Positions 47,786 to 62,700 of a stretch of 64,000 nt of DNA are shown one piece after another. The DNA comes from Isurus oxyrinchus (Eukaryota): assembly GCA_026770705.1 (NCBI GenBank), contig JANJGN010000010.1, positions 90,830,001 through 90,894,000 on the forward strand, written 5' to 3'. The notes beneath the pieces are model-generated. The model saw only the letters and a list, made by a program, of their open reading frames with translations. It had not been told where the DNA came from and ran no database searches. A program made the position numbers and the translations under genes. The number at the start of each line of letters is the position of its first letter. Positions within the stretch are counted from its first letter, which is position 1.

Positions 47786-50700
47786 CTGTACCATTACACA
47801 CCAGTGTTCCCAGAGTCTGCCATTACACACAATGTTGCCGAAGTGTGCCATTATACACAGTGTTCCGAGAGTGTGTTGTTACACACAGTGTTCCTGGAGT
47901 GTGCCATTAAGCACAGGGTTCCAGGAGTGTGTCATTAAACACTGTTCCCGGAGTGTGCCTTTACGCACAGTGTTCCCGGAGTGTGCCGTTACGCACAGTG
48001 TTCGCGGAGTGTGCCGTTACGCACAGGGTTCCCGGAGTGTGCCATTAAGCACAGGGTTCCAGGAGTGTGTCATTAAACACAGTGTTCCCGGAGTGTGCCA
48101 TTACGCACAGTGTTCCCAGAGTGTGTCATTAAGCACAGTGTTCCCGGACTGTGCCATTACACACAGTGTTCCCGGAGTGAGCCATTACTCACAATGTTCC
48201 CAGAGTGTGCCATTACACACAGCATTCCCAGAGAGTGCCATTATGCACAGTGTTCTCGGAGTGTGCCATTACACACAGGGTTCCCGGAGTATGCCATTAC
48301 GCACAGTGTTCCCGGAATGTGCCATTGCGCACAGTGATCACAGACTGTGCCATTAAGCACATCGTTCCCGAAGTGTGCCATTAGGCTCAGGGTTCCCGGA
48401 GTGTGCCTTTATGCACATGGTTCCCGGAGTGTCCCATTACGCCCAGGGTTCCAGGAGTGTACCATTACGTATAGTGTTCGCGGAGTGTGCCGTTACGCAC
48501 AGGGTTCCCGGAGTGTGCCATTAAGCACAGGGTTCCAGGAGTGTGTCATTAAACACAGTGTTCCCGGAGTGTGCCATTACGCACAGTGTTCCCAGAGTGT
48601 GTCATTAAGCACAGTGTTCCCGGACTGTGCCATTACACACAGTGTTCCCGGAGTGAGCCATTATTCACAATGTTCCCAGAGTGTGCCATTACACACAGCA
48701 TTCCCAGAGAGTGCCATTATGCACAGTGTTCCCGGAGTGTGCCATTACACACAGGGTTCCCGGAGTGTGCCATTACGCACAGTGTTCCCGGAATGTGCCA
48801 TTGCGCACAGTGATCACAGACTGTGCCATTAAGCACATCGTTCCCGAAGTGTGCCATTAGGCTCAGGGTTCCCGGAGTGTGCCTTTATGCACATGGTTCC
48901 CGGAGTGTCCCATTACGCCCAGGGTTCCAGGAGTGTACCATTACGTACGGTGTTCCCGGAGTGTGTCGTTGCACATAGTGTTCTCGGAGTGAGCGATTAT
49001 GCACATTGTTCCTGGAGTGTGACATTACGCACAGTCTTCCCAGAGTGTGTCATTATGCACAGTGTTCCCAGAGTGTGTCTTATGCACAGTGTTCCTGGAG
49101 GGGGCCATTACACACAGTGTTACTGGAGTGTGCCATTACACACATGGTTCCCAGAGTGTGCCATTGCACAGTGTTCTCGGAGTGTGCCATTACAGATAGG
49201 GTTCCCGGAGTGTGTTATTACACAGTGTTCCCGGAGTGTGCCATTACGCACAGTGTTCCTGGAGTTTGCCATTACACACATTGGTCCCGGAATGAGTCAT
49301 AACGCACAGTGTTCCCAGATTGTGTCATCACGCACAGTGTTCCCGGATTGTACTATTACACACACTGTTCCTGGAGTGTGTCATTACGCAAAATGATCCC
49401 GCAATGTGTCATTACGCACTGTGATCCCGGAATGTGCCATTACGCACAGTGTTCCCAGAGTGTGTCATTACGCACAGTGTTCCTGGAGGGTGCTATTCCG
49501 TGCAGGGTTCCCGGAGTTTGCCATTACGCCCAGGGTTCCCGGAGTGTATCATTACACACAGGGTTCCCGGAGTGTGCCATTACGCAAAGTGTTTCCGGAG
49601 TGTGCCATTACCCACAGTGACCCCAGACTAGGCCATGATGGACAGTGATCCCTAAGCGTGCCATTATGCTCAGGGTTCTCGCAGGGTGCCATTTTGCACA
49701 GGGTTCCCGGAGTGTGCCCTTGCACACAGTGTTCCTGGAGTGTGCCATTATGTACAATGTTCCCGGAGTGTGCCATTACGCACTGTCTTCCTGGATTGTG
49801 CCGTTATGCACACTGTTCCCGAAGTGTGTCATTACCCACAGTGTTCCTGGATTGTAGTATCAGGCACACTGTTCCCGTAGTGTGTCATTACGCACAATGT
49901 TCCCGAGTGTGTCATTATGCACAGGGTTCCCGGAATTTACCATTACGCACAGTGTTCGCAAAGGGTGCCATTACACACAAGGTTCCCAGAGTATGTAATT
50001 ACGCATAGTGTTCCCGGACTGTGCCATAATGCACAGCGTTCCCGAAGTGTATCATTACGCACAAGGTTCCAGGAGTGTGCCATTATGCACAGTGTTCCTG
50101 GAGTGTGTCATTACGCCCAGGGTGCCTGGAATGTGCGATTATGCACAGTGTTCCCGGACTGTGCCATTAGGCACAATGTTCCCGGAGTGTATCATTACGC
50201 ATTGTGATCCCGGAGTGTGCCATTACGGACAGTTTTCCCGGAATGTGTCATTATGCACAATGTTCCCGGAGTATATCATTACGCACAGTGATCCCGAGTG
50301 TATCATTACACACAGTGTTCCCGCAGTGTGCCATTATGCGCAGGATTCCAGGAGTGTGCCATGACGCCCAAGGTTCCTGGAGTGTGCCATTACGTACAGT
50401 GTTCCTGGACTGTGCCATTACACACAGCGTTGCCGGAGCATGCCATCACACACAGTATTCCTGGAGCTAGACATTATGCGCAGGGTTCACGGCGTGTGTC
50501 ATTACGCACAGTGTTCCCGATGTGTGTCATTACACATAGTGTTCTGGGAGTAAGCCATTACACAGATTGTTCCCTGAGTGTGTTATTACGCACAGTGTTC
50601 CCAGTGTGTGCCATTACGCACAGTGTTCCTGGAGTGTTTCATTACGCAGAATGTTCCCGGAGTCTGCCAAAATGCACAGGATTCCCGGAGTGTACCATTA

Positions 50701-53700
50701 CGCACAGTGATCGCAGACTGTGCCATGACGCACAGTGTTTCCGGAGTGTGTCATTACGCACAATGTGCCCGGAGTGTGTCATTATGCACAGGGCTCACCG
50801 TCTGTGCCATTACGCACAGTGTTCCTGGAGTGTGCCATTACACACAATGTTCTCAGAGTGTGTCATTACGAAGAGTGTTCCCCAAGTGTGCCATTGCACA
50901 TAGTGTTCTGGGAGCATGCCATTACACAGATTGTTCCATGAGTGTACCATTACGCACAGTGATCGCAGACTGTGCCATGACGCACAGTGTTCCCGGAGTG
51001 TTTCATTACACAGTATGTTCCCGGAGTGACCCATTAAACACAGTGTTCCCGGGCTGTGACATTACACACAATGTTCTCAGAGTGTGTCAGTACGCACAAT
51101 GTTCCCGGAGTGTGTCATTACGCACATTGTTCCCAGAGTGTACCATTATGCACAGTGTTCCCGGACTGTGTCATTATACACAGAATTCCCGGATTGTACT
51201 ATTACACACACTGTTCCTGGAGTGTGTCATTACGCAAAATGATCCCGCAATGTGTCATTACGCACTGTGATCCCGGAATGTGCCATTACGCACAGTGTTC
51301 CCAGAGTGTGTCATTACGCACAGTGTTCCTGGAGGGTGCTATTCCGTGCAGGGTTCCCGGAGTTTGCCATTACGCCCAGGGTTCCCGGAGTGTATCATTA
51401 CACACAGGGTTCCAGGAGTGTGCCATTACGCAAAGTGTTCCCGGAGTGTGCCATTACCCACAGTGACCCCAGACTAGGCCATGATGGACAGTGATCCCTA
51501 AGCGTGCCATTATGCTCAGGGTTCTCGCAGGGTGCCATTTTGCACAGGGTTCCCGGAGTGTGCCCTTGCACACAGTGTTCCTGGAGTGTGCCATTATGCA
51601 CACTGTTCCCGGAGTGTGTCATTACCCACAGTGTTCCCGGATTGTACTATCAGGCACACTGTTCCCGTAGTGTGTCATTACGCACAATGTTCCCGAGTGT
51701 GTCATTATGCACAGGGTTCCCGGAATTTACCATTACGCACAGTGTTCGCAAAGGGTGCCATTACACACAAGGTTCCCAGAGTATGTAATTACGCATAGTG
51801 TTCCCGGACTGTGCCATAACGCACAGCGTTCCCGAAGTGTATCATTACGCACAAGGTTCCAGGAGTGTGCCATTATGCACAGTGTTCCTGGAGTGTGTCA
51901 TTACGCCCAGGGTGCCTGGAATGTGCGATTATGCACAGTGTTCCCGGACTGTGCCATTAGGCACAATGTTCCCGGAGTGTATCATTACGCATTGTGATCC
52001 CGGAGTGTGCCATTACGGACAGTTTTCCCGGAATGTGTCATTATGCACAATGTTCCCGGAGTATATCATTACGCACAGTGATCCCGAGTGTATCATTACA
52101 CACAGTGTTCCCGCAGTGTGCCATTATGCGCAGGATTCCAGGAGTGTGCCATGACGCCCAAGGTTCCTGGAGTGTGCCATTACGTACAGTGTTCCTGGAC
52201 TGTGCCATTACACACAGCGTTGCCGGAGCATGCCATCACACACAGTATTCCTGGAGCTAGACATTATGCGCAGGGTTCACGGCGTGTGTCATTACGCACA
52301 GTGTTCCCGATGTGTGTCATTACACATAGTGTTCTGGGAGTAAGCCATTACACAGATTGTTCCCTGAGTGTGTTATTACGCACAGTGTTCCCAGTGTGTG
52401 CCATTACGCACAGTGTTCCTGGAGTGTTTCATTACGCAGAATGTTCCCGGAGTCTGCCAAAATGCACAGGATTCCCGGAGCGTACCATTACGCACAGTGA
52501 TCGCAGACTGTGCCATGACGCACAGTGTTTCCGGAGTGTGTCATTACGCACAATGTGCCCGGAGTGTGTCATTATGCACAGGGCTCACCGTCTGTGCCAT
52601 TACGCACAGTGTTCCTGGAGTGTGCCATTACACACAATGTTCTCAGAGTGTGTATTTACGAAGAGTGTTCCCCAAGTGTGCCATTGCACATAGTGTTCTG
52701 GGAGCATGCCATTACACAGATTGTTCCATGAGTGTGTCATTACGCACAGTGTTCCCGGAGTGTTTCATTACGCAGTATGTTCCCGGAGTGACCCATTAAA
52801 CACAGTGTTCCCGGGCTGTGACATTACACACAATGTTCTCAGAGTGTGATATTACGCACAATGTTCCCGGAGTGAGTCATTATGCACAGGGTTCACAGAA
52901 TGTGCCATTACGCACAGTGTTCCTGGACCGTACCATTATGCACAGTGTTCTCAGAGTGTGACATTACACACAGGGTTCCCATAGTGCGTCATTACACACA
53001 GTGTTCCCGGAGGGTGTCTTTACGCACAGTGTCCCCGATGTGTGTCATTTCGCACAGTGTTCCCAGAGTGTATCATTACGCACAGTGTTCCCAGAGTGAG
53101 CCATTTCACACTGTGTTCCCGGAGTGTACCATTACACACAATGTTCCCAGAGTGTGTCATTATGCACAGTGTTCCCAGAGTGTGTCATTATGCACAGGGT
53201 TCCCAGATTGTGTCATTACGCCCAGGGTTCCCGGTGTGTGCCATTACACACACAGTCGCCAGAGTCTGTCATTACGTACAGTGTTCCCGGTGTGTGTCAG
53301 TGCGCACAATCTTCCCGGAATGTGCCATTATACACAGTGTTCATGGAGCATGCCATTATGCGCAGAGTTCCCGGAGTATGCAAATTACGCACAGGGTTTC
53401 CGGAGTGTGCCATGAGGCACATTGTTCCCGGAGTATGTCATTACGCATAGGGCTCCCAGACTGTGCCATTACACAGAATGTTCCTGGAGTGTGCCATTAC
53501 ACACAGGGTTCCCAGAGTGTGTCATTAGGCACAGTATTCCCAGTGTGTGTCATTCGGCACACTATTCCCGGAGTGTGCTATTACGCACAGTGTTCCCTGA
53601 GAGTGCCATTACTACTGGAGTGCCCATTACACACAGTGTTCCCGGAGTGTGCCATTAAGGACAATGTTCCCAGAGTGTGTCATTAAGCACATCGTTCCCG

Positions 53701-56700
53701 TAGTGTGCCATTACGCATAGTGTTCCCGAAGTGTGCGATTACGCACAGTGTTCTCGGAGTGTGCCATTGCACAGTGTTGTCAGAGTGTGCCATTACGTAT
53801 AGTGTTCCTGGAGCGTACCATTATGCATAGTTTGCCCGGAGTGTCTTATTATGCACAATGTTCCCGGAGTGTGTCATTACGTACAGTGTTCCCGGTGTGT
53901 GCCATTACGCACAGTATTCCTGGAGTGTGTCATTAGATACACTGTTCCCAGTGTGTGTCATTAAGCAAACTGTTCCCGGATAGTGCTATTATGCACAGTG
54001 TTCCCTGAGTTTGCCATTACCACCAGAGTGTGCCATTACACACAGTGTTCCCGGAGTGTGCAATGATGCACAGTGTTCCTGGATTGTATAATTACACACA
54101 GTATTCCCATACTGTGCCATTAAGCACAGTGTTCGCGGAGTGTGTCAGTATGCACAGTGTTCCCGGAGTGTGTCAGTATGCACAATGTTCCCGGAGTGTG
54201 TCATTACGCACATTGTTCCCAGAGTGTACCATTATGCACAGTGTTCCCGGACTGTGTCATTATACACAGAATTCCCGGAATGTGTCATTACGCACATTTT
54301 TCCAGGAGTGTGCCATGACGCACAGTGTTCCCGGTGTGTGTCAATATGCTCAGTGTTCACGGAGTGTTTCATTATACACAGTATTCCCGAAGTGTGCCAT
54401 TACGCACAGTATTCCCGGAGTGTGCCATTAAGTACAGTGTTCATGGAGGTGCCATTACACACAGTGTTTATGGAGTGTGCCATTACTCACAGTGTTCCCA
54501 GAGTGTGCCATTAGATACAGTGTTCTCGGAATGTGCCATTACACATAGTGTTCCTGGAGTGCGTCATTATGCACATTTTTCCCGGAGTGTGCCATAACAC
54601 ACAATGTTGCCAGAGTGGGTCATTACGCAAGTGTTCCTGGTGAGTGTCATTGCGCACGGGGTTCTCGGAATTGCCACTGGGCACAGTGTCCCTGGACTGT
54701 GACATAACACAGAGTGCTCCCTGCGTGTGTCATTACGTACAATGTTCTCAGAATGTGTCATTACGCACATTGTTGCCGGAGTGCGTCATTACGCATAGTG
54801 TTCCCGGAGTGTTCCATTAAACACAGTGTTCCCGGATTTTGTCATTACGCACCGTGTTTCTGGAGTGTGCCATTACACACAGTGTTCTTGGAGTGTGTCA
54901 TTAGGCACAGTATTCCCAGTGTGTGTCATTAGGCACAATGTTCCCGGAGTGTGCTATTACGCACAGTGTTCCCTTAGCATGCCATTACTACTGGAGTGTG
55001 CCATTACACACAGTGTTCCCAGAGTGTGCCATTAAGCACAATGTTTTCGGAGTGTGTCATTATGCACAGTGTTCCCTGAGTGTGTCATTACGTGCATTCT
55101 TCCAGACTTGTGTGCCATTAGGCACAGTGTTCCCGGAGTGTGTCATTACGCACGTTGTTCCCGGAGTGTGCTACTACGCAGTGTTCCCGCAGTGTGCCAT
55201 TACACAAAATGTTGCCAGAGTGGGTCTTTACGCACAGTGTTCCTGGAGAGTGTCATTACGCACAGGGTTCTCGAAATTGCCATTGGGCATAGTGTCCCTG
55301 GACTGTGACATAACACAGAGTGCTCCCTGTGTGTGTCATTACGCACAATGTTCTTGGAGTGTGTCATTACGCACATTGTTGCCGGAGTGTGTCATAACGC
55401 ACAGTGTTCCCGGAGTGTGCCTTAAAGGACAATGTTCCCAGAGTGTGTCATTAAGTACATTGTTCCCGGAGTGTGCCATTACGCATAGTGTTCCTGAAGT
55501 GTGCGATTACGCAGAGTGTTCTCGGAGTGTGCCATTGCACAGTGTTGTCAGAGTGTGCCATTACGTATAGTGTTCCTGGAGCGTACCATTACGCATAGTT
55601 TACCCGGAGTGTGTTATTATGCACAATGTTCCCGGAGTGTGCCATACGCACAGTGTTCCTGGAGTGTGTCATTATGCACAGTATTCCCAGTGTGTGACAT
55701 TCGGCACACTGTTCCCGGAGTGTGCTATTACGCACAATGTTCCCTGAGTGTGCCATTACTACTGGAGTGGCCATTACACACAGTGTTCCCAGAGTGTGCC
55801 ATTAAGGACAATGTTCCCGGAGTGTATCATTACGTACAGTGTTCCCGGTGTGTGCCATTACACACAGTATTCCTGGAGTGTGTCATTAGACACACTGTTC
55901 TCAGTGTGTGTCGTTAAGCAACCTGTTCCCGGACTGTGCTATTACGCACAGTGTTCCCTGAGTTTGCCATTACCACCGGAGTGTGCCATTACACACAGCG
56001 TTCCCAGAGTGTGACATTACAACCAGAGTGTGCCATTACCAACAGGGTTCCGGCAGTGTGCCATTACACACAATGTTGCCAGAGTGGGTCATTACGCACA
56101 CTGATCCTGGAGACTGTCATTACGCACAGTGTTCTCGGAATTGCCATTGGGCACAGTGTCCCTGGACTGTGACATAACACAGAGTGCTCCCTGTGTGTGT
56201 CATTATGCACAATGTTCTCGGAGTGTGTCATTACGCACATTGTTGCCGGAGTGTGTCATAACGCACAGTGTTCCTGGAGTGTGCCATTACAGAAAGTGTT
56301 GCCGGATTTTGTCATTACGCACAGTGTTCTCGGAGTGTGTCATTACGCACATTGTACCCGGAGTGTGCCATTACGCACAGTGTTCCTGGAGTGTGTCATT
56401 AGGTACAGTATTCCCAGTGTGTGTCATTCGGCACACTGTTCCCAGAGTGTGCTATTACGCACAGTGTTCCCTGAGTGTGCCATTACTACTGGAGTGGCCA
56501 TTACACACAGTGTTCCCGGAGTGTGCCATTAAGGACAATGTTCCGGGAGTGTGTCATTACGTTCAGTATTCCCGGTGTGTGCCATTACGCACAGTATTCC
56601 TGGAGTGTGTCATTAGACACACTGTTCCCAGTGTGTGTCATTAAGCAAATTATTCCCCGAGTGTGCTATTACGCACAGTGTTCCCTGAGTTTCCCATTAC

Positions 56701-59700
56701 CACCGGGGTGTGCCATTACACACAGTGTTCCCGGAGTGTGCAATGATGCACAGAGTTCCTGGATTGTATAGGTACGCACAGTATTCCCGGACTGTGCCAT
56801 TATGCACAGCGTTCGCGGAGTGTGTCAGTACGCACAGTGTTCCCGGAGTGTGTCATTACGCACATTTTCCCGGAGTGTGTCATTATGCACATTGTTCCCA
56901 GAGTGTACGATTATGCACAGTGTTACCGGACTGTGTCATTACGCACATTTTTCCAGGAGTGTGCCATGACGCACAGTGTTGCCGGAGTGTGTCAATATGC
57001 TCAGTGTTCACGGAGTGTTTCATTATGCACAGTATTCCCAGAGTGTGCCATTGGACACAGTGTTTTCGCAATGTGCCATTACACATAGTGTTCCTGGAGT
57101 GTGTCATTATGCACAGTTTTCCCGGAGTGTGCAATTACACACAATGATGCCAGAGTGGGTAATTACGCAAGTGTTCCTGTTGAGTGTCATTGCGCACGGG
57201 GTTCTCGGAATTGCCATTGGGCACAGATTCCCTGGACTGTGACATAACACAGAGTGCTCCCTGCGTGTGTCATTACGTACAATGTTCTCAGAATGTGTCA
57301 TTACGCACATTGTTGCCGGAGTGTGTCATTACGCACAGTGTTCCCAGAGTGTTCCATTAAACACAGTGTTCCCGGATTTGTCATTACGCAGTGTTTCCGG
57401 AGTGTGCCATTACGCACAGTGTTCTTGGAGTTTGTCATTAGGCACAGTGTTCCCAGTGTGTGTCATTAGGCACAATGTTCCTGGAGTGTGCTATTACGCA
57501 CAGTGTTCCCTGAGCATGCTATTACTACCGGAGTGTGCCATTACACACAATGTTCCCGGAGTGTGCCATTACACACAGTGTTCCCGGAGTGTGCCGTTAA
57601 GCACAATGTTTCCGGAGTGTGTCATTATGCACAGTGTTCCCTGAGTGTGTCATTAAGCAAATTGTTCCCGGACTGTGTGATTACGCACAGTATTCTCGGA
57701 GTGTGCCATTGCACAGTTTTGTCAGAGTGTGCCATTACGTATAGTGTTCCTGGAGCGTACCTTTATGCATAGTTTACCCGGAGTGTGTTATTATGCACAA
57801 TGTTCCCGGAGTGTGCCATACGCACAGTGTTCCTGGAGTGTGTCATTATGCACACTGTTCCCAGTGTGTGTCATTAGGCAAACTGTTCCCGGAGTGTGCT
57901 ATTACGCACAGTGTTCCCTGAGTTTGCCATTACCACCGGAGTGTGCCATTACACACAGTGTTCCCGGAGTGTGCAATGATGCACAGTGTTCCTGGATTGT
58001 ATAATTACACACAGTATTCCCATACTGTACCATTAAGCACAGTGTTCCCGGAGTGTGTCAATACGCTCAGTGTTCACGGAGTGTTTCATTATGCACAGTA
58101 TTCCCGAAGTGTGCCATTAAGTACAGTGTTCATGGAGGTGCCATTACACACAGTGTTCCCAGAGTGTGCCATTAGATACAGTGTTCTTGGAATGTGCCAT
58201 TACACATAGTGTTCCTGGAGTGTGCCCTTATGCACAGTTTTCCCAGAGTGTGCCATTACACACAATGAAACCAGAGTGGGTCATTACGCAAGTGTTCCTG
58301 TTGAGTGTCATTGCGCAGGGCGTTCTCGGAATTGCCATTGGGCACAGTGTCCCTGGACTGTGACATAACACAGAGTGCTGCCAGCGTGTGTCATTACGTA
58401 CAATGTTCTCAGAGTGTGTCATTACGCATATTGTGGCCGGAGTGTGTCATTACGCACAGTGTTCCCTGAGTGTGTCATTACGTGCATTCTTCCAGACTTG
58501 TGTGCCATTAGGCACAGTATTCCCAGAGTGTGTCATTACGCACGTTGTTCCTGGAGTGTGCTATTACGCACAGTGTCCCGGAGTGTGCCATTACACACAA
58601 TGTTGCCAGAGTGGGTCATTGCGCACAGTGTTCCTGGAGAGTGTCATTACGCACAGGGTTCTCGAAATTGCCATTGGGCATAGTCTCCCTGGACTGTGAC
58701 ATAACACAGAGTGCTCCCTGTGTGTGTCACTACGCGCAATGTTCTCGGAGTGCGTCATTACGCACAGTGTTCCCGGAGTGTGCCATTACGGAAAGTGTTG
58801 CCAGATTTTGTCATTACGCACAGTGTTCTCGGAGTGTGTCATTACGCACATTGTACCCAGAGTGTGCCATTACGCACAGTGTTCCCGGAGTGTGCCATAA
58901 TAACCAGAGTGTGCCATTACAGACAGGGTTCCCGCAGTGTGCCATTACACACAATGTTGCCCGAGTGGGTCATTACGCACACTGTTCCTGCAGACTGTCA
59001 TTACGCACAGGGTTCTCAGAATTGCCATTGTGCAAACTGCCCCTGGACTGTGACATAACACAGAGTGCTCCCTGTGTGTGTCATTACGCACAATGTTCTC
59101 AGAGTGTGTCATTACGCACATTGTTGCCGGAGTGTGTCATAACGCACAGTGTTCCTGGAGTGTGCCATTACAGAAAGTGTTGCTGGATTTTGTCATTACG
59201 CACAGTGTTCTCGGAGTGTGTCATTACGCACATTGTACCCGGAGTGTGCCATTACGCACAGTGTTCCTGGAGTGTGTCATTAGGCACAGTATTCCCAGTG
59301 TGTGTCATTCGGCACACTCTTCCCGGAGTGTGCTATTACGCACAGTGATCCCTGAGTGTGGCATTACTACAGGAGTGGCCATTACACACAGTGTTCCCGG
59401 AGTGTGCCATTAAGGACAATATTCCCAGAGTGTGTCATTAAGCACATTGTTCCCGGTGTGTGCCATTACGCATAGTGTTCCCGAAGTGTGCGATTACGCA
59501 CAGTGTTCTCGGAGTGTGCCATTGCACAGTGTTGTCAGAGTGTGCCATTACGTATAGTGTTCCTGGAGCGTACCATTATGCATAGTTTTCCCGGAGTGTG
59601 TTATTATGCACAATGTTCCCGGAGTGTGCCATACGCACAGTGTTCCTGGAGTGTGTCATTATGGACTGTATTCCCAGTGTGTGTCATTCGGCACACTGAT

Positions 59701-62700
59701 CCCGGAGTGTGCTATTACGCACAGTGTTCCCTGAGTGTGCCATTACTACTGGAGTGGCCATTAGACACAGTGTTCCCGGAGTGTGCCATTAAGGACAATG
59801 TTCCCAGAGTGTGTCATTACGTACAGTGTTCCCAGTGTGTGCCATTACGCACAGTATTCCTGGAGTGTGTCATTAGACACACTGTTCCCAGTGTGTGTCA
59901 TTAAGCAAACAGTTCCCGGAGTGTGCTATTACGCACAGTGTTCCCTGAGTTTGCCATTACCACCAGAGTGTGCCATTACACACAGTGTTCCCGGAGTGTG
60001 CAATGATGCACAGTGTTCCTGGATTGTATAATTACACACAGTATTCCCATACTGTGCCATTAAGCACAGTGTTCGCGGAGTGTGTCAGTACGCACAATGT
60101 TCCCGGACTGTGTCATTATACACAGAGTTCCCGGAATGTGTCATTATACACATTTTTCCAGGAGTGTGCCATGACGCACAGTGTTCCCGGAGTGTGTCAA
60201 TACGCTCAGTGTTCACGGAGTGTTTCATTATGCACAGTATTCCCGAAGTATGCCATTAAGTACAGTGTTCATGGAGGTGCCATTACACACAGTGTTCCCA
60301 GAGTGTACCATTAGATACAGTGTTCTCGGAATGTGCCATTACACATAGTGTTCCTGGAGTGTGTCCTTATGCACAGTTTTCCCGGAGTGTGCCATTACAC
60401 ACAATGTTGCCAGAGTGCGTCATTACGCAAGTGTTCCTATTGAGTGTCATTGCGCACGGGGTTCTCGGAATTGCCACTGGGCACAGTGTCCCTGGATTGT
60501 GACATTACACACAGTGCAGCCTGTGTGTGTCATTATGTACAATGTTCTCAGAGTGTGTCATTACGCATATTGTGGCGGGAGTGTGTCATAACGCACCGTG
60601 TTCCCGGAGTGTGCCATTACAGAAAGTGTTGCCAGATTTTGTCATTACGCACAGTGTTCTCGGAGTGTGTCATTATGCACATTGTACCCGGAGTGTGCCA
60701 TTACGCACGATGTTCGCAGAGTGTGCCATTACAACCAGAGTGTGCCATTACACACAGGGTTCCCGCAGTGTGCCATTACACACAATGTTGCCCGAGTGGG
60801 TCATTACGCACACTGTTCCTGGAGACTGTCATTACGCACAGGGTTCTCGGAATTGCCATTGGGCACAGTGTCCCTGGACTGTGACATAACACAGAGTGTT
60901 TCCTGTGTGTGTCATTACGCACAATGTTCTCGGTGTGTGTCATTACGCACATTGTTGCCGGAGTGTGTCATAACGCACAGTGTTCCTGGAGTATGCCATT
61001 CCAGAAAGTGTTGCCGGATTTTGTCATTACGCACAGTGTTCTCGGAGTGTGTCATTACACACATTGTACCCGGAGTGTGCTATTACGCACAGTGTTCCTG
61101 GAGTGTGTCATTAGGCACAGTATTCCCAGTGTGTGTCATTCGGCACACTCTTCCCGGAGTGTGCTATTACGCACAGTGATCCCCGAGTGTGCCACTACTA
61201 CTGGAGTGGCCATTACACACAGTGTTCCCGGACTGTGCCATTAAAAACAATGTTCCCAGAGTGTGTCATTAAGCACATTGTTCCCAGGGAGTGTCATTAC
61301 GCATAGTGTTCCCGAAGTGTGCAATTACGCACAGTGTTCTCGGAGTGTGCCATTGCACAGTGTTGTCAGAGTGTGCCATTACGTATAGTGTTCCTGGAGC
61401 GTACCATTATGCATAGTTTACCTGGAGTGTGTTATTATGCACATTGTACCCGGAGTGTGCCATACGCACAGTGTTCCTGGAGTGTGTCATTATGCGCAGT
61501 ATTCCCAGTGTGTGTCATTTGGCACACTGTTCCCGGAGTGTGCTATTACGCACATTGTTCCCTGAGTGTGCCATTACTACTGGAGTGGCCATTACACACA
61601 GTGTTCCCGGTGTGTGCCATTACGCACAGTATTCCTGGAGTGTGTCATTAGACACACTGTTCCCAGTGTGTGTCATTAAGCAAACTGTTCCCGGAGTGTG
61701 CTATTACGCACAGTGTTCCCTGAGTTTGCCATTACCACCGGAGTGTGCCATTACACACAGTGTTCCCGGAGTGTGCAATGATGCACAGTGTTCCTGGATT
61801 GTATAATTGCTCACAGTATTCCCATACTGTGCCATTAAGCACACTGTTCGCGGAGTGTGTCAGTACGCACAGTGTTCCCGGAGTGAGTCAGTACGCACAA
61901 TGTTCCCAAAGTGTGTCATTATGCACATTGTTCCCAGAGTGTACCATTATGCACAGTGTTCCTGGACTGTGTCATTATACACAGAGTTCCCGGAATGTGT
62001 CATTACGCACATTTTTCCAGGAGTGTGCCATGACGCACAGTGTTCCCGGAGTGTGTCTATACGCTCAGTGTTCACGGAGTGTTTCATTATGCACAGTATT
62101 CCCGAAGTGTGCCATTATGCACATATTCCCGGAGTGTGCCATTAAGTACAGTGTTCATGGAGGTGCCATTACACACAGTGTTCTCGCAGTGTGCCATTAC
62201 TGACGGTGTTCCCAGAGTGTGCCTTAGATACAGCGTTCTCGGAATGTGCAATTACACAGTGTTCCTGGAGTGTGTCCTTATGCACAGTTTTCCCGGAGTG
62301 TGCCATTACACACAATGTTGCCAGAGTGGGTCATTACGCACAGTGATCCTGGTGAGTGTCATTGCGCATGGGGCTCTCGGAATTGCCATTGGGCACAGTG
62401 TCATTACGCACAATGTTCTCGGAGTGTGTCATTACGCACATGTTGCCTGAGTGTGTCATAACGCACAGTGTTCCCGGAGTGTGCCATTACAGAAAGTGTT
62501 GCCGGATTTTGTCATTACGCACAGTGTTCTCGGAGTGTGTCATTACGTACATTGTACCCGGAGTGAGCCATTACGCACAGTGTTCCCGGAGTGTGCCATT
62601 ACAACCAGAGTGTGCCATTACACATAGGGTTCCCGCAGTGTACCATTAAGCACAATGTTTCCAGAGTGTGTCATTACACACAGTGTTCCCTGAGTGTGTC

